Part shown: positions 18,939 to 26,988 of the stretch, one piece after another
How positions within the stretch are numbered: the first letter of the stretch is position 1
Layout: each line of letters starts with the position of its first letter
Source of the DNA: Chloroflexota bacterium
GTDB taxonomy: Bacteria; Chloroflexota; Dehalococcoidia; JACPQK01
DNA length: 59,152 nt
Direction: 5' to 3'
Assembly (NCBI GenBank): GCA_016190505.1
Contig: JACPQM010000021.1
Location: 1-59,152, forward strand
The notes under the pieces: model-generated
What the model was told of the DNA's origin: nothing
Databases searched by the model: none
What the model saw: only the letters and a program-made list of their open reading frames with translations
Translations under genes and position numbers: made by a program

Positions 18939-19106
18939 ATGGAAAAGAAGGTTGTTCTGTGTAAGGACTGCCATTGCTGCCCCGCCGTGGAGTTCGACGA
19001 GGACAGGGTGCGCATCGGCGAGGGCTACAACACGACCATTCTGACCAAGGAACAGTGGAACATTCTGGTGGAGAAGGTCAGGTCCGGGGAGCTGGGGGAA
19101 GCGTGA
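18939..19106 (+). CDS. Small cysteine-rich protein (55 aa, below the ORF-track cutoff)
   Basis: 'MEKKVVLCKDCHCCPAVEFDEDRVRIGEGYNTTILTKEQWNILVEKVRSGELGEA'; good SD 'taggaggg' 8-16 nt upstream; C-x2-C-x-C-C motif. Confidence 0.45.
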   Translation: MEKKVVLCKDCHCCPAVEFDEDRVRIGEGYNTTILTKEQWNILVEKVRSGELGEA

Positions 19107-19187
19107 CCTCGGGCAAGGCCGCGTCGGCGGTGGGCGAACGCCCTGGCGGGCGTGGAAACTTGTGTCATACCTGTGAAGGAGGTAACC

Positions 19188-19364
19188 ATGGCTAAGGACC
19201 TGGTGTGCGGGATGGAAGTGGACCCCAAGAAGGCAGCCGCCAAGTCGGACTACAAGGGGCAGACCTACTACTTCTGTGCCCCCGGCTGCAAGCGCGCCTT
19301 CGACAAGGAGCCGGAGAAGTTCCTCAAGGGCCAGGCCGGCGGCCACATGGGGATGCACCACTAG
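19188..19364 (+). CDS. Stand-alone YHS-domain protein with a His/Met-rich tail
   Basis: 'MAKDLVCGMEVDPKKAAAKSDYKGQTYYFCAPGCKRAFDKEPEKF...GGHMGMHH'; SD 'gaaggagg' upstream of ATG 19188. Confidence 0.7.
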   Translation: MAKDLVCGMEVDPKKAAAKSDYKGQTYYFCAPGCKRAFDKEPEKFLKGQAGGHMGMHH

Positions 19365-19381
19365 CTGGGCTCGGCCCCACG

Positions 19382-19477
19382 GTAGGGGCGACCGGCCGGT
19401 CGCCCCTACGATCGCCTGGTAACGTCTAATCTCGGGTACGAGCAAGACTGTAGGGGCGGACGGCCGTCCGCCCCTAC
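19382..19477. repeat. Two tandem REP hairpins ('gtaggggcgaccggccggtcgcccctac' and 'gtaggggcggacggccgtccgcccctac')
   Basis: Perfect 12-bp stems 40 nt apart, immediately downstream of the YHS gene; terminator-like / BIME-like. Confidence 0.65.
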
Positions 19478-19489
19478 GATTGCTCCGGC

Positions 19490-20059
19490 ATGGCGCTCGC
19501 AGGGCAACGTGAAGGGGTATTTGTATCTGAAAGCATGGTGACTGAGAGACCGCGACCCCGGCGCCGGGGTGTCCTCGTCCTCGTGGTGGTCCTGGTACTG
19601 GCGTTCCTGGCGATGTTCGTCTATGCTTTCCAGTCCACCGTCCTGGTGCGCCGCGCTGGCATCCCCGAGAAAGTGGGCGAGTTGGAGCTGGTCAGCAAGG
19701 TGGAAGGAGAGGCGGCCATCGCCCAGGTCGGACGCCTGCACGGCACCGACATTGCCCTGAAAGACGCTTACATCGCCAAGTATGCCCATTCAGGCCTTCA
19801 GTTGACCGCCTGGGTGGGCAAAGCAGAGGATACGACCGCGGCAGCCGAGCTGCTCCGTAGGATGGTCGAGGGCATAAACCGCGGGGGATCACCCTTCTCC
19901 AACCTGCGCCAGCAGAGGATCGAGGACCAGGGGGTGTACCAGGTGGACGGGCCAGGCGGACGGCACTACTTCTACGCCTCTGACAACAAAGTCATCTGGC
20001 TCACCCTGGAAGGCACAGGTTACCAGACTCTATTGCCGATCGCAGTGAGTGCGTTCTAG
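19490..20059 (+). CDS. Hypothetical membrane-anchored protein
   Basis: 189 aa; N-terminal TM helix then a soluble domain; no recognised motif. Confidence 0.45.
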   Translation: MALAGQREGVFVSESMVTERPRPRRRGVLVLVVVLVLAFLAMFVYAFQSTVLVRRAGIPEKVGELELVSKVEGEAAIAQVGRLHGTDIALKDAYIAKYAHSGLQLTAWVGKAEDTTAAAELLRRMVEGINRGGSPFSNLRQQRIEDQGVYQVDGPGGRHYFYASDNKVIWLTLEGTGYQTLLPIAVSAF

Positions 20060-20555
20060 CGAGGGACAAGATGTGAACAGGTTTCGCTTCCCCTGGACAA
20101 TAGGAGTCGCCCTTACCCTGGTGGCGGTCGCCCTGGGGGCGTGCTCGTCACCGGGCTCGCCGCCCACTTCGACTGCTCCTCCCCCTTCGGGAACCACCGG
20201 CAAGTCGCCCACCAACGGGCTGGTGCAGACCCACTCCGGAGGCAACGTGACCATCGAGGTGAAGTGGCGGGGGAGTCCCGACGGGTCGGGGCTGGCCTTC
20301 CAGGTGACCATGGACACTCATTCGGCAGACCTGGACCAATACGATCTGGGTAAGCTGGCCCTGCCGCCGGACGACGCGGGACGGGAGTACGCTCCGACCG
20401 CCTGGGTGTCCGCCCCGGGCGGTCACCACCGAGAAGGCACCCTGAAGTTCCCCGTGCCAGACTCCTTGGCGCTGGGCAGCGCCCGCTCGGTCCAGCTTAT
20501 CATCCGGGGCGTTGCCGGAGTGGCTGAACACGCCCTGGTATGGCAACTGGCATGA
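20049..20555 (+). CDS. Hypothetical lipoprotein (lipobox 'ALGAC')
   Basis: Signal peptide plus Cys; Pro/Ser/Thr-rich linker; beta-rich domain; start uncertain. Confidence 0.45.
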   Translation: MRSSEGQDVNRFRFPWTIGVALTLVAVALGACSSPGSPPTSTAPPPSGTTGKSPTNGLVQTHSGGNVTIEVKWRGSPDGSGLAFQVTMDTHSADLDQYDLGKLALPPDDAGREYAPTAWVSAPGGHHREGTLKFPVPDSLALGSARSVQLIIRGVAGVAEHALVWQLA

Positions 20556-20668
20556 TTCTGCCTCTCGCCTGAACGCATATGGGGGCTGTGGCGTCGGATC
20601 AGACGGATCGGACGCATCGGTCAAATCGGTCTGGCCACAATCGTGGTTGGTAGGAAGAAGGCATCTGC

Positions 20669-21199
20669 GTGAGAAGACACCTTGCCGTCGCAGTGGCCGC
20701 TGCCGCGCTGCTCCTGGCGGTGTACCTGGGCATCATCACTCTGGCCCAGGGATGGTCGCACGCTCTGGGCCAAACTCTCGACCTGTGGTACTGGGTTGTA
20801 CTGCTAGCCGCTGGCTTTGGCACCCAGGCCGGGCTTTACTCCTTCATCCGCCAGGGGCTACGGGAGTCCCGACGAGTCGGGACCACCGCCTCGGTGGCTG
20901 CCTCAGGCGGCGTGTCCACCGGCTCCATGGCGGCCTGCTGCGCCCACCACCTGAGCGACGTGCTGCCCGCCCTGGGCCTGGCGGGAGTGGCCACTTTCCT
21001 GACCAGCTACCAGACAGTGTTCATCCTGGCCGGGGTGCTGTCCAACCTGGTGGGCATCACCATCATGCTGGAGGCGATCCAGCGCCACGGGCTGTCCCCA
21101 TGGGTCTCGACCTGGCCGTGGAACATGCGCCGGGTCAAGCTGGGGGCCATTGCCTCTTCGGCAGTGGTAGTATCAGTGGGCGTCGTTATGAGCCTGTAG
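20669..21199 (+). CDS. Polytopic membrane protein with an intramembrane 'CCAHH' motif
   Basis: 176 aa; 5 predicted TM helices; 'SMAACCAHHLSDVLPALG' is a potential metal-binding cluster. Confidence 0.5.
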   Translation: MRRHLAVAVAAAALLLAVYLGIITLAQGWSHALGQTLDLWYWVVLLAAGFGTQAGLYSFIRQGLRESRRVGTTASVAASGGVSTGSMAACCAHHLSDVLPALGLAGVATFLTSYQTVFILAGVLSNLVGITIMLEAIQRHGLSPWVSTWPWNMRRVKLGAIASSAVVVSVGVVMSL

Positions 21200-21313
21200 C
21201 CCTCGTTTCTGGGGAACGCGCCCCATAGCCGAGGTCCTCCTTCCAGAACGGCGCAGATTGCCGGACGCGCCCCACACTGGTAGCCTCCAGGCTGAGCACG
21301 TTGATTGTGCCTC

Positions 21314-21378
21314 TTGACACAAACCATGCGGCACCCTATAATCGAGGTTGATACCCATACCCCCTGGGTAGGGGATGG
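21314..21378 (+). promoter_or_regulatory. Consensus sigma70 promoter (TTGACA-17-TATAAT) plus operator 'ATACCCATACCCCCTGGGTAGGGGATGG' upstream of ccmE
   Basis: Perfect -35/-10 hexamers with a 17-nt spacer. The downstream pseudo-palindrome is near-identical to those ahead of csoR and the DUF1573-like gene. Confidence 0.6.
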
Positions 21379-21390
21379 AAGGAAGAGAGC

Positions 21391-21843
21391 ATGACAGGGA
21401 ACGCGCTACAACCCATGCCCGCTGCCCCGACTGGTCCCCCCAGGCCGAAACCCCACCGCCGGTGGAGACTCCTCATCGTCGGTGGTATCGTGCTGCTCGC
21501 CCTGGGCTTCCTGGGCTTCAAGGCCTTCCAGGGGGCAGCCATGTTCTACTACACCGTCCCCGAGTTCAGGGCCTCACCGGAGTACACCACGGGCGAACAG
21601 GTCCGCGTGGGGGGCAAGGTGGCGCCCGGCTCCGTGGAACGCCACCAGTCGGGCCCGGGCCTGAGTTTCGCCGTCACCGACGGCTCGGACAAGCTCCTGG
21701 TCCACTTCTACGACATCGTGCCCGATTCCTTCGCCGTGGACCAGGACGTGGTCGTGGAGGGGACCATGAGCGCCGAGGGCTACTTCGCCGCCCAGAACCT
21801 CATGGTCAAGTGCCCCTCCAAGTACGTGCCGAGAGTGGGGTGA
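21391..21843 (+). CDS. ccmE: Cytochrome c maturation haem chaperone CcmE, CxxxY variant
   Basis: 150 aa; TM anchor plus OB-fold; 'VVVEGTMSAEGYFAAQNLMVKCPSKYVP' aligns to E. coli 'VVVQGELEKG..LAKEVLAKHDENYTP' with Cys in place of the haem-binding His130. Confidence 0.78.
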   Translation: MTGNALQPMPAAPTGPPRPKPHRRWRLLIVGGIVLLALGFLGFKAFQGAAMFYYTVPEFRASPEYTTGEQVRVGGKVAPGSVERHQSGPGLSFAVTDGSDKLLVHFYDIVPDSFAVDQDVVVEGTMSAEGYFAAQNLMVKCPSKYVPRVG

Positions 21844-21847
21844 TAAC

Positions 21848-23794
21848 ATGGCCGACCTGGGATACGCTGCCCTAGTTATCGCCCTGGCCGCCGCCGCCTT
21901 CGCCACAGTGGCGCCCCTGGTGGGCCTACGCTGGCGGCTGCCAGCCCTTATTGACAGCGGGCGCAGCGCGCTCTGGGCTGCGGCTAGCCTGGTGTCCGTC
22001 GCCGGGCTGTCCCTGCTCTACCTGCTGGCCACGCGCGATTTCAAGACCCAGTACGTGTACCAGTACACCAGCAGCGATATGTCTATGCTCTACACCCTGG
22101 CCGCGTTCTGGGCAGGGAACGCCGGCTCACTCCTGTTCTGGGCGTGGACCCTGGGCCTGTGCGCCGTAGTCATGCTCATACAGAACCGAAACAAGAACCA
22201 GGCCCTCATGCCCTACGTCACGGCCATAGTCGCGGTCACCATGGGCTTCTTCGTGGGCATGATGGTCTTCGTCTCTAACCCCTTTGACCAAATGGTCTTC
22301 CCTCAGGCCGAGGGAGAGGGCCTCAACCCGCTGCTGGAGAACATGGGCATGTTCCTCCACCCACCCCCTCAGCTCCTGGGGTACATGGCCTTTACCATTC
22401 CTTTTGCCTTCGCCGTCGCCGCCCTGGCTACGGGCCGGCTGGGTGACGAGTGGATTCAGAGCATCCGCCGGTGGACGATCTTCGCCTGGCTGACCCTGGG
22501 CGTGGGCATCCTGGCCGGCGCCCAGTGGGCCTACGTGGAGTTGGGCTGGGGGGGCTACATGGGCTGGGACCCGGTGGAGAATGCCGCCCTCATGCCCTGG
22601 CTGGTGGGGACCGCCTTCCTGCACTCGATCATGGTGCAGCGGCGCCGGGGGATGCTCAAGGTCTGGAACATGATGCTCATCATCTTCACCTTCAATCTGA
22701 GCATTCTGGGCACCCTTCTCACCCGCAGTGGCATTCTGTCCTCGGTGCACTCCTTCTCCCAGTCGGGCCTGGGCCCGCTGTTTGTGGCCTTCATCGCCGT
22801 CGCCATGACCGGCTCCCTGGCCTTGCTCTACTACCGCATGCCCAAGCTCCGGGCAGAGCACGAGCTGGACTACTGGGTTTCCCGAGAGAGCACCTTCCTG
22901 GTGAACAACCTGGTGCTGGTGGGCATCGCCTTCGCCGTCTTCTGGGGCACCATGTTCCCGATCATTACCGAGGCGGTGCGGGGTGTAAAGATAACGGTGG
23001 GCCCGCCCTTCTACAATCAGGTGACGGGACCTCTCTTTCTGATACTGCTCTTGGTGATGGGCATCTGTCCCCTCATCGGCTGGCGGCATGCCTCCAAGGA
23101 CAACCTGGTCCGCAACTTCCTCTATCCCGTGGCCTTTGGCGTGGCAGCGGGCATCATCCTGTTCCTGCTCGGGGTGAGAAAACCGGCCGCCACCATATCT
23201 TTCGCTGTGCTCGCTTTTGTGACCGCAGGCATCCTCCGCGACTGGTCCCGGGCGGTGCGCGCCCGGCGCCAGATGAGGGCCGAGGGCTGGCTGCGCGCCT
23301 TCCTCCGGCTCACGGGCTCCAACCGGCCCCGCTATGGGGGCTACATCGTGCATCTGAGCGTGGTGGTTATGGCCCTGGGCATCACCGGCTCGATGTTCTA
23401 CCCACTGGAGACCACCGCCACGCTCAACCCCGGCGAGACCGTGTCCATTGGCCGCTATGTCCTCAAATTCGAGGGTGCCTCCGAGTATCAGACGCAGAGC
23501 AAGCAGGTGCTGGCCAGCACGCTGACCGTCTACACCGGCGGCGACTACCTGGGCACGGTGACCCCAGAGCGCTACATCCATCGCAACCACGATAACCCCG
23601 TGACCGAGGTGGCCATCCGCAGCACCCTGAAGGAAGACCTCTACGTTATCTACGGGGGCAAGAACCCCGACGGCACGGCCACCTTCAAGTTCAAGGTGAA
23701 CCCGATGGTCATGTGGATCTGGATCGGTTGGGGTGTGATGCTGCTGGGCTCGGCGGTGGCCTTCTGGCCGGAGATGAAGCGATGGACCGCATAG
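21848..23794 (+). CDS. ccmF: Cytochrome c-type biogenesis protein CcmF (haem lyase)
   Basis: 648 aa; ~15 TM segments; WWD domain 'WGGYMGWDPVENAALMPWL'. Confidence 0.9.
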   Translation: MADLGYAALVIALAAAAFATVAPLVGLRWRLPALIDSGRSALWAAASLVSVAGLSLLYLLATRDFKTQYVYQYTSSDMSMLYTLAAFWAGNAGSLLFWAWTLGLCAVVMLIQNRNKNQALMPYVTAIVAVTMGFFVGMMVFVSNPFDQMVFPQAEGEGLNPLLENMGMFLHPPPQLLGYMAFTIPFAFAVAALATGRLGDEWIQSIRRWTIFAWLTLGVGILAGAQWAYVELGWGGYMGWDPVENAALMPWLVGTAFLHSIMVQRRRGMLKVWNMMLIIFTFNLSILGTLLTRSGILSSVHSFSQSGLGPLFVAFIAVAMTGSLALLYYRMPKLRAEHELDYWVSRESTFLVNNLVLVGIAFAVFWGTMFPIITEAVRGVKITVGPPFYNQVTGPLFLILLLVMGICPLIGWRHASKDNLVRNFLYPVAFGVAAGIILFLLGVRKPAATISFAVLAFVTAGILRDWSRAVRARRQMRAEGWLRAFLRLTGSNRPRYGGYIVHLSVVVMALGITGSMFYPLETTATLNPGETVSIGRYVLKFEGASEYQTQSKQVLASTLTVYTGGDYLGTVTPERYIHRNHDNPVTEVAIRSTLKEDLYVIYGGKNPDGTATFKFKVNPMVMWIWIGWGVMLLGSAVAFWPEMKRWTA

Positions 23795-24273
23795 CCCGCC
23801 TGGCGGGTTTGCTCGCCCTGCTGGGGTTGGCCGCAGCGACGCCGACGGTGGCCCTGGCGGCCTCGCCGGACCAGGTCAATGAGATCGCCAGCCAGTTGGT
23901 ATGCCAGTGTGGCTGCGGGCTGGTGCTCAACAACTGCAACCACGAGCACTGCGAACCGCGTGACAGCATGCTGGCCTACATCGGCCAGGCCCTGGACCAG
24001 GGCAAGACCAGGGACGCCATCATCGCTAGCCTGGTCGAGAGCTACGGCGAGGTGGTCCTGGCCGCCCCCACCAAGCGTGGGTTCAACCTCGTGGGCTGGA
24101 TCACGCCCTTCGCCGCCATCGCGGCGGGCGGAGGCATAGTCTACCTGGCGGTGCGCGCCTGGCTGGTCTGGGGCAAGCGCACTCGGGAGGAAGCAGTGGA
24201 GCTCGCGGCGGACGACCCCTACTTGAGCCGCGTTGATGACGAGCTGAGACGCTACGAGGAAAGGATGGGTTAG
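23782..24273 (+). CDS. ccmH: CcmH/CycL-like cytochrome c biogenesis protein
   Basis: Start chosen at 'MDRIARLAGL' to avoid overlap with ccmF. Signal peptide, 'LVCQCGCGLVLNNC' Cys cluster, C-terminal TM. Confidence 0.65.
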   Translation: MDRIARLAGLLALLGLAAATPTVALAASPDQVNEIASQLVCQCGCGLVLNNCNHEHCEPRDSMLAYIGQALDQGKTRDAIIASLVESYGEVVLAAPTKRGFNLVGWITPFAAIAAGGGIVYLAVRAWLVWGKRTREEAVELAADDPYLSRVDDELRRYEERMG

Positions 24274-24741
24274 ATGGTCTGGCTGGCCCTGCTTCTGGCA
24301 CTGGGCACCGTGTTGGCCATCGCCTACCCGCTGGTGCGCCCCCGCCTCCGGGCGGCCGGGCCGGCCCCCGATCCCGAGGCCTCGGAGCTGGCGGCCGCCA
24401 AGGAATCTACTTACGCGGCCATCAAAGAGCTGGAGTTCGACTACCGGGCGGGCAGCCTTTCCCAGGAAGATTACCGGGACCTGGAGTCGAGATACAAGCG
24501 GAAGGCTGCCGCCTTGCTCCAGGTGGAGGATGCCCGCCACAGCGAGGCCGACCGCCGCGCCCAGATCGAGGCAGAGATACGCAGGCTGCGCGGCGTTCCT
24601 GCCCAGCCCCCCAAACAACGACAGGCTGCGCCGCCTGCCACAGGCCGCTTCTGCACCCAGTGCGGCTCGCCCAGCGACCCCACCGACCGCTTTTGCGCCA
24701 ATTGTGGCCATCCCCTATCCAAAGCTGGGAGTAAAGCATGA
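24274..24741 (+). CDS. Membrane-anchored protein with a C-terminal double zinc ribbon
   Basis: 155 aa; N-terminal TM; 'RFCTQCGSPSDPTDRFCANCGHPL'. Confidence 0.5.
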   Translation: MVWLALLLALGTVLAIAYPLVRPRLRAAGPAPDPEASELAAAKESTYAAIKELEFDYRAGSLSQEDYRDLESRYKRKAAALLQVEDARHSEADRRAQIEAEIRRLRGVPAQPPKQRQAAPPATGRFCTQCGSPSDPTDRFCANCGHPLSKAGSKA

Positions 24742-25916
24742 GCAAACTTCTCCGAGTCGCTCCGGGCCTGGCCAGCAGCATTGCCATCGCCCTCTGGTTG
24801 ATGGCCCCTGTCATGGCACAGGCCCCAGAGAGTGTACCTGTCCGCGGGCAACTGGTAAACGGCACCAAGGATGGACCTGTCCCCGCCAACGTCCAGGTCA
24901 AGCTGACCGAGCCTACTGAAGAAGGCCAGGAGCTGGCCCAGACCACCACCGACGCGGAAGGCCGCTACCAGTTCGCCGAGTTCGCGGCACAGGCCGGCGC
25001 CAAGTACAAGGTAACTCTGAACTACCAGGGCGCCGACTACCAGGCCGACTGGCCTCCCGAGGACCCGGCCAAGGGCCTGGCAATCATAGTGTATGAGGCC
25101 ACCACCGATCCATCGTCAATCTCCGTCAAAAGCTGGCACATCCTGGTCCAGGCGGGCCAGGGCATCCTGGACATAGACGAGTTCATGGTCTTTGAGAACA
25201 CCAGCGACCGGGCCTACGTGGGCACCCAGGTGGTGGACGACCAGGGCAGAAAGGCTACCCTCAAGTTCTCCGTTCCCAAGGGTGCCTACGGCTACCAGTA
25301 CATGCAAGGGTTAATGGACTGCTGCATGGTTCCTACTGCCAGTGGAATCGTGGACACCATGGCGGTGCTCCCAGGCACCAAAGAGGTGTTCTTCCACTAC
25401 TTTGTGGATGCCAAGTCGGGGACCTACGACCTGGCCCGGCTTGTGGACTACCCGGCGGCGGACGTCCGCCTGCTGTCGCAGGACATCGGGCCCAGGGTCA
25501 GCAGCAGTCTGCTCGCCAACCAGGGCCCGGTGACCGACGCCAACGGGACCAAGTACCTTAGCCTGACCGCCGCCAACCTGACCCCTGGCTCGGTCGTCAC
25601 CGCCAGCTTCACCGGGGTCCCCACGAAGGGCCTCCAGAGCAACCTGCGCTGGCTGGGCGTAGGCGTGCTGGTGCTCGCCGTGGGGGGCGTGGCCGTGGCC
25701 TACCCCGTGCTGCGCCGGCGGGGTAGGGGCCGCGAAGCCGAAGCCGAGTCCCCTACCTCCACCTCGGAGCGCGAGCGCCTCCTGTTCGAGGTGGCCGACC
25801 TGGACAACCGCTACGAGCGTGGCGAGGTCCCCGAGGCCGAGTACCAGTCCCGGCGCAAAACGCTGATGGACATCCTGGTCTACCTCTCCGAGCAAGAGAA
25901 GGGTGACGACGAGTAG
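24738..25916 (+). CDS. Secreted protein with a carboxypeptidase-regulatory-like beta-sandwich domain, C-terminal TM anchor and acidic tail
   Basis: Signal peptide; 'VRGQLVNGTKDGPVPANVQVKL...TTTDAEGRYQFAEF'; TM 'WLGVGVLVLAVGGVAVAYPVL'. Confidence 0.5.
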   Translation: MSKLLRVAPGLASSIAIALWLMAPVMAQAPESVPVRGQLVNGTKDGPVPANVQVKLTEPTEEGQELAQTTTDAEGRYQFAEFAAQAGAKYKVTLNYQGADYQADWPPEDPAKGLAIIVYEATTDPSSISVKSWHILVQAGQGILDIDEFMVFENTSDRAYVGTQVVDDQGRKATLKFSVPKGAYGYQYMQGLMDCCMVPTASGIVDTMAVLPGTKEVFFHYFVDAKSGTYDLARLVDYPAADVRLLSQDIGPRVSSSLLANQGPVTDANGTKYLSLTAANLTPGSVVTASFTGVPTKGLQSNLRWLGVGVLVLAVGGVAVAYPVLRRRGRGREAEAESPTSTSERERLLFEVADLDNRYERGEVPEAEYQSRRKTLMDILVYLSEQEKGDDE

Positions 25917-25946
25917 CCGCCCTCCTCTTGACCAGCTAATGGCGGA

Positions 25947-26639
25947 ATGGGGAGCCACACGCAAATGCGCATCAACAATCTGACGCTTGGTCTGATTGCG
26001 GCCGGCATGGTGGCCGCGCTCTATCTGGCCTTCCTGTATGCCCCCACCGAGGCCATGATGGGCGACGTGCAGCGCATCTTCTACTTCCACGTGCCCATGG
26101 CCTGGGTGGCCTTCCTGGCCTTTGGGGTGGTGTTCGCCGGGTCGGTGCTCTACCTGTGGAAGGGGGAAGAGCGCTGGGACCGGCTGGCCTACGCCGCCGC
26201 CCATCTGGGCGTCATCTTCACATCGCTGAACGTGGTCACCGGCATCCTGTGGGCCAAGCCCATCTGGGGGACGTGGTGGGTATGGGACCCCCGGCTGACC
26301 ACCACCACGGTGCTCTGGATCATCTACATCGCCTACCTGGTGGTGCACAATGCCGCCGAGACCGGGCGCGGGTCACACTTCGCCGCCGTGTTCGGCATCG
26401 TGGGCTTCGTGGATGTCCCCGTGGTCTACATGTCCATACGCTGGTGGCGGACGATGCACCCGGCGCCGGTCATCGCCGGCGGCAGCGATAGCGGCCTGGC
26501 CCCGTCCATGCTGTTTACCCTGCTGTTCAGCGTGGGGCTGTTCACGCTGTTCTTCGTCTACCTCCTCCGTCAGAGTCTCAGCCTGAGCCACCTGGAGGCG
26601 GAGGTCGAGAGACTTTCCCAGGAGGAGCGCGGTGGATAA
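25947..26639 (+). CDS. ccmC: Haem exporter protein CcmC
   Basis: 230 aa; WWD domain 'WGTWWVWDPRLTTT'; conserved His-containing loops. Confidence 0.85.
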   Translation: MGSHTQMRINNLTLGLIAAGMVAALYLAFLYAPTEAMMGDVQRIFYFHVPMAWVAFLAFGVVFAGSVLYLWKGEERWDRLAYAAAHLGVIFTSLNVVTGILWAKPIWGTWWVWDPRLTTTTVLWIIYIAYLVVHNAAETGRGSHFAAVFGIVGFVDVPVVYMSIRWWRTMHPAPVIAGGSDSGLAPSMLFTLLFSVGLFTLFFVYLLRQSLSLSHLEAEVERLSQEERGG

Positions 26640-26829
26640 CAACACGGGATTCCTGTTTGCCGGCTACGCCATTATCTGGCTGGCCTTCTTCGGCTACTGC
26701 TACCGGCTCTCCCGCCGCCTGGATTACCTGCGACGTCGGTTGGATGCGCTCAAACGAGGAGAGGCTGGCGAGCCACGGGCCAGTCCAGAGGTGGCAGCCG
26801 CCCAGACCGGAGAAACGGCACCGTTGTAG
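26632..26829 (+). CDS. ccmD: Haem exporter protein CcmD (small single-TM)
   Basis: 65 aa; 'FLFAGYAIIWLAFFGYCYRLSRRL'; overlaps the ccmC end. Confidence 0.6.
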   Translation: MDNNTGFLFAGYAIIWLAFFGYCYRLSRRLDYLRRRLDALKRGEAGEPRASPEVAAAQTGETAPL

Positions 26830-26988
26830 ATCTGGGTCTGGGCGGCCACAGGCCCCGCCCCGATCCCCGTAGCCCGTAGCCCGTAGCCCGTTTGAGCCTT
26901 GACAGCCCAAGCTGGCCTACCTATAATTCAGGCGTTCTTGCCACGGAGGAGGTCGTTAGGTTTGTTCCTGTCCAGGGGGTGAGGCGCC

